A DNA stretch of 64,000 nt from a virus (Duplodnaviria; Heunggongvirae; Uroviricota; Caudoviricetes), in the IMG/VR virus record IMGVR_UViG_3300015360_001243, positions 49,999-113,998 of that record. One strand, 5' to 3'. Position numbers and translations under genes: made by a program. Under the pieces are notes generated by a model. That model made no database searches, was not told the origin of the DNA, and saw only the letters and a program-made list of their open reading frames with translations. This document shows positions 9,242 to 15,912 of this stretch, one piece after another; position 1 is the stretch's first letter; every line of letters starts with the position of its first letter.

Positions 9242-9445
9242 ATGGCTACATTTCGAGAGGCAAATCAAGTTCGTATTTCACTAAAGATTAAACTTTCCAT
9301 GCATGCATGGTATAGTTCGAGCGCTGTAGCCAGTACAGATGATGGATACTATGTAATTATTCACGTATCTCGTCTGGATAACCAAATTAGAAAGATAATT
9401 TCACCAGTTATCAATGGTGTGAGCGTTAAAACGGAATTAGAATGA
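9242..9445 (+). CDS. hypothetical small protein
   Basis: ORF with an ATGA overlap onto the next gene. Confidence 0.35.
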   Translation: MATFREANQVRISLKIKLSMHAWYSSSAVASTDDGYYVIIHVSRLDNQIRKIISPVINGVSVKTELE

Positions 9446-10092
9446 AAATTGTAGCAATTTCAGATACACATTCAAAGCATCGCACTTTAACTGTTCCTGA
9501 TGCTGATACAATCGTGTGCGCTGGTGATATTTCTTTTAAAGGAGAATTTAATATCGTAGAAGATTTTGTAAATTGGATGGCAGCACTTCCTATTAAAAAT
9601 AAAGTAATGATTTTTGGTAATCATGAAGTTGGAATGGCGCATGGCCTTAAAAGAGAGGCTGCTTTAAAGCTTTTACAAGACTCTGGAATTATCTATCTAG
9701 AAGATAGTGGAACAGAGATTGATGGAATTAAATTTTGGGGCTCCCCAGTTCAACCTAGATTTTTTGATTGGGAATGGAATAGAAATCGTGGTCCAGATAT
9801 TAACGCACATTGGAAATTAATTCCAGCAAATACTAATGTATTGATTACGCATGGCCCGCCTCATGGGATTCTAGATTTAGTGAACAATTCTATTGGAAGA
9901 GATCCTCATCAAGGTTGTGAAGATTTAAGAAGAAAAGTTGATACGTTAGATCAATTGAAACTTCATGTTTTTGGACATTTACACCGTGAAGGTGGAAATC
10001 AATCTATCATTGATAACAAAATTTTTGTTAATGCTGCTATTTGTGATGATGCATATAATCCAAGTCGCCCACCCATTCTAATAGAGATCTAA
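9442..10092 (+). CDS. calcineurin-like metallophosphoesterase (second copy)
   Basis: GDISFKGE, GNHE, ITHGPPHG and GHLHREG motifs. Confidence 0.75.
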   Translation: MKIVAISDTHSKHRTLTVPDADTIVCAGDISFKGEFNIVEDFVNWMAALPIKNKVMIFGNHEVGMAHGLKREAALKLLQDSGIIYLEDSGTEIDGIKFWGSPVQPRFFDWEWNRNRGPDINAHWKLIPANTNVLITHGPPHGILDLVNNSIGRDPHQGCEDLRRKVDTLDQLKLHVFGHLHREGGNQSIIDNKIFVNAAICDDAYNPSRPPILIEI

Positions 10093-10410
10093 ATGAAATT
10101 CAAACCAAAAGAGATTCAGGTGAATCTTCCGGCCGTCCACTTGTTTTCTAACGAAGATGAGATTCCGGCCATGGCCGCTGCCATCAATACTATTATTCAT
10201 GGTAAGGTCAAGATTAAGTATGAGACCATTGGCATTTTGGCCGGGCAGTACTGTGGCCTCTTTTATGTTCAAAGAAACAATGAGTCTCAAGAACTTAGAG
10301 AAGAATTCTTACAGATGATTGACCAAGAAGAACTATCGGCTCCTTTAGATCCGGTAGAGAAAATGTTGGCCGAAGAAAAAGAATCTGATAGAGATTATTT
10401 TGATGACTGA
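10093..10410 (+). CDS. hypothetical protein
   Basis: ORF with a TAAATG junction. Confidence 0.4.
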   Translation: MKFKPKEIQVNLPAVHLFSNEDEIPAMAAAINTIIHGKVKIKYETIGILAGQYCGLFYVQRNNESQELREEFLQMIDQEELSAPLDPVEKMLAEEKESDRDYFDD

Positions 10411-10669
10411 GAATAAGCATTCACATTTGATTGGTCGTACTTTTGGCCAACTCAAACTTGTAGATATTGAAGAATTTAAATCCCTAACTAATAGGCCGGG
10501 ATATAGAATTCATCTTGAATGCAAATGCGGAAAACTTTGTTCATACCCCTTTAAAAGACTAAATGGTATTATGAGGGGCAGCCAGGTGTCTTGCGGTTGT
10601 GTTCGTAAAGATAAGTGGCGCAAAGGCTTTTATGCTTTTATGACTGAGCAAAATAAAGAAGGCAAATGA
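10400..10669 (+). CDS. hypothetical Cys-rich small protein
   Basis: CKCGKLC...CGC motifs. Confidence 0.4.
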   Translation: MMTENKHSHLIGRTFGQLKLVDIEEFKSLTNRPGYRIHLECKCGKLCSYPFKRLNGIMRGSQVSCGCVRKDKWRKGFYAFMTEQNKEGK

Positions 10670-11136
10670 TCGTTTCATTTACAGGGCATAGACCAGATAA
10701 GTTGGGCGGATATCAAATTCCCAACCCAACTTATCGTCATGTTTGCCAGCAGATTGATAAGGTTCTTCGAGAGTTAAAACCAGACAAGATTATTACTGGC
10801 ATGGCTCTCGGAGTAGACCAGTGGGCAGCAAACATTGCTCTCAAGATGGAGATACCCTACATTGCCGCTGTGCCCTTTCTAGGACAGGAGAAGGCCTGGC
10901 CACCTAGTTCTCAAAGGGTATTTAATACATTGCTCAAGTGGGCTAGCGAGGTCGTTATTGTTAGTGAGGGCGACTATCATCCTGCTAAGATGCAGATTCG
11001 TAATGAATGGATGGTCGATAGGGCAGATAAAGTCATTGCTATTTGGGATGGAACCAAAGGTGGGACTGGTAATTGTGTAGATTATGCCAAGTCAAAAAAC
11101 AAGGAAATTATTTTTATTAACCCTCACATTGACTAA
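10666..11136 (+). CDS. SLOG-type Rossmann protein (YpsA/DprA-like, DUF1273-like)
   Basis: TGHRP...GMALGVDQWAANIAL...IWDGTKGGTGNCVDYAK pattern. Confidence 0.4.
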   Translation: MIVSFTGHRPDKLGGYQIPNPTYRHVCQQIDKVLRELKPDKIITGMALGVDQWAANIALKMEIPYIAAVPFLGQEKAWPPSSQRVFNTLLKWASEVVIVSEGDYHPAKMQIRNEWMVDRADKVIAIWDGTKGGTGNCVDYAKSKNKEIIFINPHID

Positions 11137-11178
11137 AAATTACATAGATATTATAGTAATAGACTCACATAGTTACAC

Positions 11179-11262
11179 GCCGAAGTGGTGGAATGGCAGA
11201 CACACTGGATTCAAAACCCAGCGCAGCGATGCATGAGGGTTCGAGTCCCTCCTTCGGCACCA
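11179..11262 (+). tRNA. tRNA-Leu (anticodon CAA), class II with a long variable arm, CCA encoded
   Basis: The acceptor stem GCCGAAG/CTTCGGC is a perfect 7 bp. The T arm is GAGGG-TTCGAGT-CCCTC. The anticodon loop TTCAAAA has an A-C mismatch at positions 31-39. Confidence 0.7.
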
Positions 11263-11289
11263 GTTAATTTCTCTATTTGAAAGACAGAG

Positions 11290-11754
11290 ATGTTTAATAA
11301 CATAAAGAATTTGTTGACCTTGACAGTACGAGTTCAAGACTATAACATAGTCGCACAAGACCCGGCTTTCATCAGGACTCTTCGATTACTTACTTTAACA
11401 CCTACCTCAGGGATGAATTACGAGCTAGATAATTTTGCTCGCATTCGTTTGGAGAGAGATGTCAAATGTAAAATTCTAACTGCTTACCGCAGCAATGAAT
11501 TGGTAGGTTGGGCCCTGGTTTCTAAGGAGCCAACTGATTTTTGTTTCGCTAACGCTTACGCTGGATTCAATCCTAAAGATGGATCTCTCTTTCAAGTTTA
11601 TGTTCAGCCTCAACATCGGCGGCAAGGAATTGCGGCTGAGTTACTAAAAGTTGCAAACGAACACTCTGATAACGGACTATGTGTTTGTCCCTGGGATGAA
11701 ACCAGTGAACTCTTTTATCGGAGAAAAAATAGTTATAACGCAAAATTACTTTAA
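11290..11754 (+). CDS. GNAT-family N-acetyltransferase (start uncertain)
   Basis: GNAT motif A region VYVQPQHRRQGIAAELL. Confidence 0.45.
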   Translation: MFNNIKNLLTLTVRVQDYNIVAQDPAFIRTLRLLTLTPTSGMNYELDNFARIRLERDVKCKILTAYRSNELVGWALVSKEPTDFCFANAYAGFNPKDGSLFQVYVQPQHRRQGIAAELLKVANEHSDNGLCVCPWDETSELFYRRKNSYNAKLL

Positions 11755-11792
11755 ATTCTATAGGAATAAGCTGATATATACGTCAGCATCAT

Positions 11793-11876
11793 GCTACCAT
11801 GGTGGAATGGCAGACACGCTGGTCTTAGAAGCCAGTGCCGCAAGGCGTGGGGGTTCGAGTCCCTCTGGTAGCACCA
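11793..11876 (+). tRNA. tRNA-Leu (anticodon TAG), class II, CCA encoded
   Basis: Acceptor stem GCTACCA/TGGTAGC. The anticodon stem is CTGGT/GCCAG with loop CTTAGAA. The T arm is GGGGG-TTCGAGT-CCCTC. Confidence 0.8.
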
Positions 11877-11879
11877 AAT

Positions 11880-11956
11880 GCTCAAGTGATGGAATTGGCA
11901 TACATACTACTCTCAGAAAGTAGGTTTTAGGAGTTCGACTCTCCTCTTGAGCACCA
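11880..11956 (+). tRNA. tRNA with anticodon CAG (Leu codon CUG) but a short variable arm and a weak D arm; identity ambiguous
   Basis: The acceptor stem GCTCAAG/CTTGAGC is perfect and CCA is encoded. The anticodon stem is CTACT/AGTAG with loop CTCAGAA. The T arm is AGGAG-TTCGACT-CTCCT. The D stem has only about 3 bp. Confidence 0.5.
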
Positions 11957-12202
11957 ATGATTGAATTAATTGATAACTTTATAGTAGGAACTGATCAGCT
12001 TGAATTAGAGGCATTGCAAGTCTTGCTTACCGAATTTTCTCCTGAATTTACCTTTTCAATCCTTGAGAACGAACATCTAGAAGTAGATCCTGCATCATTC
12101 ACTTTGATTATAGAAATACAAAATCCATCTAATTCCCCAGATATGAGTTCTTTTTTAGAGTTTCTTTCAAGTAAAATTGAGGAAGTAAATCAGCAGTCAT
12201 AA
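11957..12202 (+). CDS. highly acidic small protein (DNA-mimic candidate)
   Basis: This 81-aa ORF begins right after the CCA of the upstream tRNA. It is strongly acidic with few basic residues. Confidence 0.45.
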   Translation: MIELIDNFIVGTDQLELEALQVLLTEFSPEFTFSILENEHLEVDPASFTLIIEIQNPSNSPDMSSFLEFLSSKIEEVNQQS

Positions 12203-12207
12203 AGAAT

Positions 12208-12291
12208 GGGATCGTGGCGGAACGGCATACGCACTGGTCTAAGAAGCCAGCACCTCACGGTTTAAGGGTTCAAGTCCCTTCGATCCCACCA
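12208..12291 (+). tRNA. tRNA-Leu (anticodon read as AAG; TAA not excluded), class II, CCA encoded
   Basis: Acceptor stem GGGATCG/CGATCCC. The anticodon stem is CTGGT/GCCAG with loop CTAAGAA. The T arm is AAGGG-TTCAAGT-CCCTT. Confidence 0.7.
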
Positions 12292-12298
12292 AATAGAA

Positions 12299-12335
12299 AA
12301 AGCTTCCAGGGAAACCTAGAAGCTTTATTTATTTT
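12299..12335. terminator. bidirectional rho-independent terminator between convergent transcription units
   Basis: The hairpin AAAGCTTC..(loop)..GAAGCTTT is followed by TATTTATTTT. It sits between the plus-strand tRNA and the stop of the minus-strand gene. Confidence 0.6.
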
Positions 12336-12347
12336 GAATTGAGTAGA

Positions 12348-13235
12348 TTAAAATCCTAGATCAGGTGGTTTTGGTGTATTCTGAGCTACTTGTTGTGCTG
12401 GTTGAGTCGTATTTGGGGTAACAACTGCTTTATCACTGTAAGATGGATCATTGTAGGCAACTTGCATTCCAGGGAATTTTTTCTTGAATTCTTTTCCGGC
12501 AGCTTCTCCAACTTGTGCATCAGGAGTATTGGCAGCCAAAGAAAAATCTTGCTTAAACTTATCAAGAGCCTTACGGGTAGCTGGGCCCAAAGTACCTTCA
12601 GTTCCATTAGTATTGTAACCTAATTGAGTTAAAGCCTTTTGAACATATGGATCAATTTTTCCATATCCACCTGCTGGGCGAGCAGTATTTGCGGCTGGTG
12701 CAGCACCTGGAGTTTGAGTTACATTTCCCTGCCACGCAGTAGCAACGCCTTCTTGTTTACCAACAAGATTAATTGCTTTTTGGTATTGGTCGGGACTAAT
12801 CTGTTGTAGCCTCATTAAAGTAGCTAGATTCTCTGGTTTTTTAGCTAGTTGTTCAGGGGTCATTTGAGCGGGAGAAACACCTTCGCCACCATAATCACGT
12901 GGGCTACCCGACATACGTTGACCAAACTTTGAGATAATAGTATCAAATTGTTCAATAAAAGACTTCTTCTTTGCAAATGGGTTTCCTTTTGCGAATGGGT
13001 TGCCCTTGGCAAATGGATTTGGTTTCTTAGATTTTTTTTCTTTTGAGCCTGACTTGCTTTTCTCGGAAGATGACGTATCTTCTTTCTTAACTGGTTTTTT
13101 GGACTTCTTTTCTTCTTTCTTTTTGGTGCTTTTTTCCAAAGAATCAGAAGCTGTCTTCTCGAAGTTACTTACTAAAAATAAAATTTGATCTGCTTTGTTA
13201 GACATTAAAACCTCTGAGACGGACGTTATATTCAA
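12348..13235 (-). CDS. peptidoglycan-binding-domain protein with a Lys/Glu/Ser-rich N-terminal half and tandem GNPFAK repeats
   Basis: VQKALTQLGYNTNGTEGTLGPATRKALDKFKQDF matches the PG_binding_1 pattern. There is a triple GNPFAK repeat and a KKEEKKSKKPVKK low-complexity stretch. Confidence 0.6.
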   Translation of the reverse strand: MNITSVSEVLMSNKADQILFLVSNFEKTASDSLEKSTKKKEEKKSKKPVKKEDTSSSEKSKSGSKEKKSKKPNPFAKGNPFAKGNPFAKKKSFIEQFDTIISKFGQRMSGSPRDYGGEGVSPAQMTPEQLAKKPENLATLMRLQQISPDQYQKAINLVGKQEGVATAWQGNVTQTPGAAPAANTARPAGGYGKIDPYVQKALTQLGYNTNGTEGTLGPATRKALDKFKQDFSLAANTPDAQVGEAAGKEFKKKFPGMQVAYNDPSYSDKAVVTPNTTQPAQQVAQNTPKPPDLGF

Positions 13236-13361
13236 AACTACTAATAACTAGGCAAGTTTATTGCCAGACCGTATTAATATATGGTGTACGTTGTCATTCA
13301 GTAATGATGGCTGACTGTGAATCAGCTAAAGCGGGGGCAGCACCCGTCGTACACCCCAAAT

Positions 13362-13436
13362 GCCTCGTTCGTCTACTGGCTAGGATGCTAGGTTTTCACC
13401 CTGGCGAAAGGGGATCGAAACCCCTACGAGGTACCA
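13362..13436 (+). tRNA. tRNA-Glu (anticodon TTC), CCA encoded
   Basis: The acceptor stem GCCTCGT/ACGAGGT has a G-U pair at 1-72. The anticodon stem is CTAGG/CCTGG with loop TTTTCAC. The T arm is AGGGG-ATCGAAA-CCCCT. It overlaps the spurious ORF 13304..13618. Confidence 0.55.
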
Positions 13437-13650
13437 TGAGTAAGTTGGTTCTGTTAAGTCTACTTCTAACTGGATGTTTCTTTGATCACCCTCAGTATTG
13501 CCATACTCATGGCGATTGTTTAGATGGTCAGTACTGTCCAGCAATTAGATCGCCAGAACAACTACCGTTGATTTGTAAGGGAAAAGCAATCGTCACTCCA
13601 ATGAAATTGGGCGATTAATCTGTCAATAAGTCGATATATAAAGTACACCT

Positions 13651-13726
13651 GGCCCCATCATCTAATGGTTCAGGATATCAGCCTCTCACGCTGAGTATAC
13701 GGGTTCGAATCCCGTTGGGGTCACCA
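13651..13726 (+). tRNA. tRNA-Glu (anticodon CTC), CCA encoded
   Basis: Acceptor stem GGCCCCA/TGGGGTC. The anticodon stem is TCAGC/GCTGA with loop CTCTCAC. The T arm is ACGGG-TTCGAAT-CCCGT. Confidence 0.7.
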
Positions 13727-13739
13727 AGTAAGTTGTTAT

Positions 13740-13816
13740 GTGCCTGTAATTCAACTGGATAGAAATGCTGCCTTCTAAGCAGTAAGTTGGGGGTTCGAAT
13801 CCCTCCAGGCATGCCA
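13740..13816 (+). tRNA. tRNA-Arg (anticodon TCT), copy 1, CCA encoded
   Basis: Acceptor stem GTGCCTG/CAGGCAT. The anticodon stem is GCTGC/GCAGT with loop CTTCTAA. The T arm is GGGGG-TTCGAAT-CCCTC. Confidence 0.7.
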
Positions 13817-13827
13817 AGCAAGTTTAT

Positions 13828-13902
13828 GTCGTTGTAGTCTAAGGGATAGGCGTCTGCCTTCTAAGCAGAATTATGTAGGTTCGAATCCTACCAGCGATAC
13901 CA
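13828..13902 (+). tRNA. tRNA-Arg (anticodon TCT), copy 2, CCA encoded
   Basis: Acceptor stem GTCGTTG/CAGCGAT. The anticodon stem is TCTGC/GCAGA with loop CTTCTAA. The T arm is GTAGG-TTCGAAT-CCTAC. Confidence 0.7.
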
Positions 13903-13914
13903 GTAAGTTGTTAT

Positions 13915-13991
13915 GTGCCTATAGCTCAACTGGATAGAGCGTCGGTCTACGAAACCGAAGGTTGAAGATTCGAATTCTTCTAGGCATGCCA
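13915..13991 (+). tRNA. tRNA-Arg (anticodon ACG), CCA encoded
   Basis: Acceptor stem GTGCCTA/TAGGCAT. D stem GCTC/GAGC. The anticodon stem is TCGGT/ACCGA with loop CTACGAA. The T arm is GAAGA-TTCGAAT-TCTTC. Confidence 0.75.
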
Positions 13992-14048
13992 GGTTGTGGG
14001 AGATATATCCCTTAATAGATTATGTCCATTAGGTGCCCACGGTCTTAT

Positions 14049-14123
14049 GTCTCTATAGTGAAAAGGATATCACGATTGTCTTCGAAACAATCAGTACAGG
14101 TTCGATTCCTGTTGGAGATGCCA
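14049..14123 (+). tRNA. tRNA-Arg (anticodon TCG), CCA encoded
   Basis: Acceptor stem GTCTCTA/TGGAGAT. D stem GTGA/TCAC. The anticodon stem is ATTGT/ACAAT with loop CTTCGAA. The T arm is ACAGG-TTCGATT-CCTGT. It lies inside the 5' extension of ORF 14033. Confidence 0.75.
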
Positions 14124-14170
14124 TAGCGTCGAGAGGCGCTATTTTTATTTGTATTATTGGAAAAATTATT

Positions 14171-15133
14171 ATGAGAATCCTATCAGGCATTCAGCCATCA
14201 GGAACAATTCATATTGGCAATTACTTTGGAATGATTAAGCCGCTGCTTAGTTTTCAAGATAAGGGTGAAGTGTTTGGGTTCTTGGCCGATTATCATTCAA
14301 TGACCTCTCTCTTCGATGCTAAAGAAAGAAAAGAGAATACTTTAGAGGCTGCCACTACGCTCTTAGCTTGTGGTCTAGATCCTTTAAAGACAACCTTCTT
14401 CAAGCAATCAGATTTGCCCGAAGTAACTGAGCTGGCCTGGATTCTTTCTACTGTAACACCTATGGGCTTGCTAGAAAGATGCCATAGCTATAAAGACAAG
14501 GTAGCCAAAGGAATTTCTTCCAATCATGGGCTCTTTGCCTATCCAGTTCTCATGGCGGCAGACATTCTATTGTACCAATCTAATTTGGTTCCAGTAGGAA
14601 AAGATCAACAACAGCATTTAGAAGTAACCAGAGATATTGCCGTCAAGTTCAATGAGAAGTATGGTAACACTTTTGTTTTACCGGAACCTCTTATTCAAGA
14701 GCAGGTAGCGGTAGTTCCCGGAACTGATGGACAGAAAATGTCTAAGAGCCATGGAAACACTATTGAAGTTTTCGGAGATGAAAAGGTTCTGAAAAAGAAA
14801 ATCATGTCTATCGTTATGGATAGCCGTCCTCCTACGGAACCCAAACCAGATGCAGATAAAAATATTGCCATTCAATTATTGAAATTAGTAGCCCCAGCAG
14901 ATGTAGCTTCAGAAACTGAAATCAAATTACGAGAAGGTAATCTTGGTTATGGTGCATTGAAAGTAATTCTGTTTGAACACTATTACAATTATTTTGAAAA
15001 GCCAAGAGGGCTGTATCGTGAATTGAAAGATAACCCGGCTTATGTAGAGCAGTATCTTCAAGATGGTGCTGAGGATGCTCGTTATCACGCCGCTATAACT
15101 ATGGGACTCGTTAGAAAAGCTGTAGGCTTGTGA
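14171..15133 (+). CDS. trpS: tryptophanyl-tRNA synthetase
   Basis: MRILSGIQPSGTIHIGNYFG (HIGH-type motif), PVLMAADILLY, VPVGKDQQQHLEVTRD and KMSKS. This is a close match to the bacterial TrpRS layout. The start is moved to 14171 because the longer ORF overlaps a tRNA. Confidence 0.92.
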   Translation: MRILSGIQPSGTIHIGNYFGMIKPLLSFQDKGEVFGFLADYHSMTSLFDAKERKENTLEAATTLLACGLDPLKTTFFKQSDLPEVTELAWILSTVTPMGLLERCHSYKDKVAKGISSNHGLFAYPVLMAADILLYQSNLVPVGKDQQQHLEVTRDIAVKFNEKYGNTFVLPEPLIQEQVAVVPGTDGQKMSKSHGNTIEVFGDEKVLKKKIMSIVMDSRPPTEPKPDADKNIAIQLLKLVAPADVASETEIKLREGNLGYGALKVILFEHYYNYFEKPRGLYRELKDNPAYVEQYLQDGAEDARYHAAITMGLVRKAVGL

Positions 15134-15435
15134 AAGTAAAAATGAAAAGACCTGATTTTGTTACTGAGGAAAATCTTGCGCGCTGGAACAAGAACATTGA
15201 GAATGATCCTAATATGCCCAAAGAAGTTTTGAGCATTGATATTATAAAAGAAGTTTGCTATGCAGGCCTTTGGCTCGCTGAAGAACTAGATAAACTTGGA
15301 TGTGAAAGAGATCATATTACTAGTATTCAGTTCAATGCTGGCCGATATGCATTTGGAAGAGACCCTTGGGCGGCTCACCAACATGTACTAGAACTTTACA
15401 AAAAGAAGCTAGATGAATCTGCACGAGCTGATTGA
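15130..15435 (+). CDS. hypothetical protein
   Basis: ORF with an ATGA overlap. Confidence 0.45.
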   Translation: MKVKMKRPDFVTEENLARWNKNIENDPNMPKEVLSIDIIKEVCYAGLWLAEELDKLGCERDHITSIQFNAGRYAFGRDPWAAHQHVLELYKKKLDESARAD

Positions 15436-15802
15436 TCGAGAAGATCCTAGGTGTCTTTATTGTAAGTCTGAATGTGACATTAAGTTAGAAAGTGAATCCT
15501 CTATTAGTCTTAATCCAGTCTATAATATAGAAATTCTTACCTGTCAAAAATGTAAGGAAGTATTTCAGATTTATTGGTGGGATGATAATGATGTTGATTC
15601 ATTTCAATTTTCCTGCAAAGATATTATAGTCCTTCATACTTATGATGGTTTATATAAAGGTTTTCATATTGGCGATAAGCGCGCCCTCCGGCCTTCCCAT
15701 ATGCAAAGAAGCGAGAGTATTAGTGTTCCCGAATTTTTTGTAGATTTTTCTGACAAAAAGAAATTGCATAAAAAACTCAAGACATACCTTTTATTTTCGT
15801 GA
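15413..15802 (+). CDS. hypothetical protein with CxxC pairs
   Basis: ORF in the gene chain. Confidence 0.4.
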   Translation: MNLHELIDREDPRCLYCKSECDIKLESESSISLNPVYNIEILTCQKCKEVFQIYWWDDNDVDSFQFSCKDIIVLHTYDGLYKGFHIGDKRALRPSHMQRSESISVPEFFVDFSDKKKLHKKLKTYLLFS

Positions 15803-15912
15803 ATTATATTCTGCAACAATACGGATTGATTATCTTTTATTTTTACTAGACATTGACGAGAAGAATATGGTGAGTATATTCCGATGACAGTCAGTGTGAC
15901 CTGGAGAACAAA

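Noticed and set aside
11173-11358. 61-aa ORF on the minus strand
   Set aside because: It lies antisense across tRNA-Leu(CAA) at 11179-11262, so it is almost certainly spurious.
11651-11923. 90-aa plus-strand ORF
   Set aside because: It runs straight through two tRNA genes (11793-11876 and 11880-11956). Its translation is low-complexity (RRGGSSPSGS) that simply reads the tRNA sequence.
13236-13361. Searched for a sigma70 promoter for the minus-strand gene 12348-13235 and for the downstream plus-strand tRNAs
   Set aside because: Only weak -35/-10 matches with wrong spacing (for example TGTCAA..TATATA); none called.
13304-13618. 104-aa ORF
   Set aside because: It overlaps the tRNA-Glu(TTC) gene and has no Shine-Dalgarno and no chain context. 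It is treated as non-coding.
13651-14123. Regular array of about 75-nt units separated by similar about 12-nt spacers, which looks CRISPR-like at first glance
   Set aside because: Each unit folds as a tRNA with its own acceptor and T arm, and the units differ in sequence. There are no identical direct repeats and no cas genes, so this is a tRNA array.
14033-14170. The 5' 46 codons of the long ORF preceding trpS
   Set aside because: This extension contains tRNA-Arg(TCG) at 14049-14123. The conserved TrpRS N-terminus begins at the ATG at 14171.
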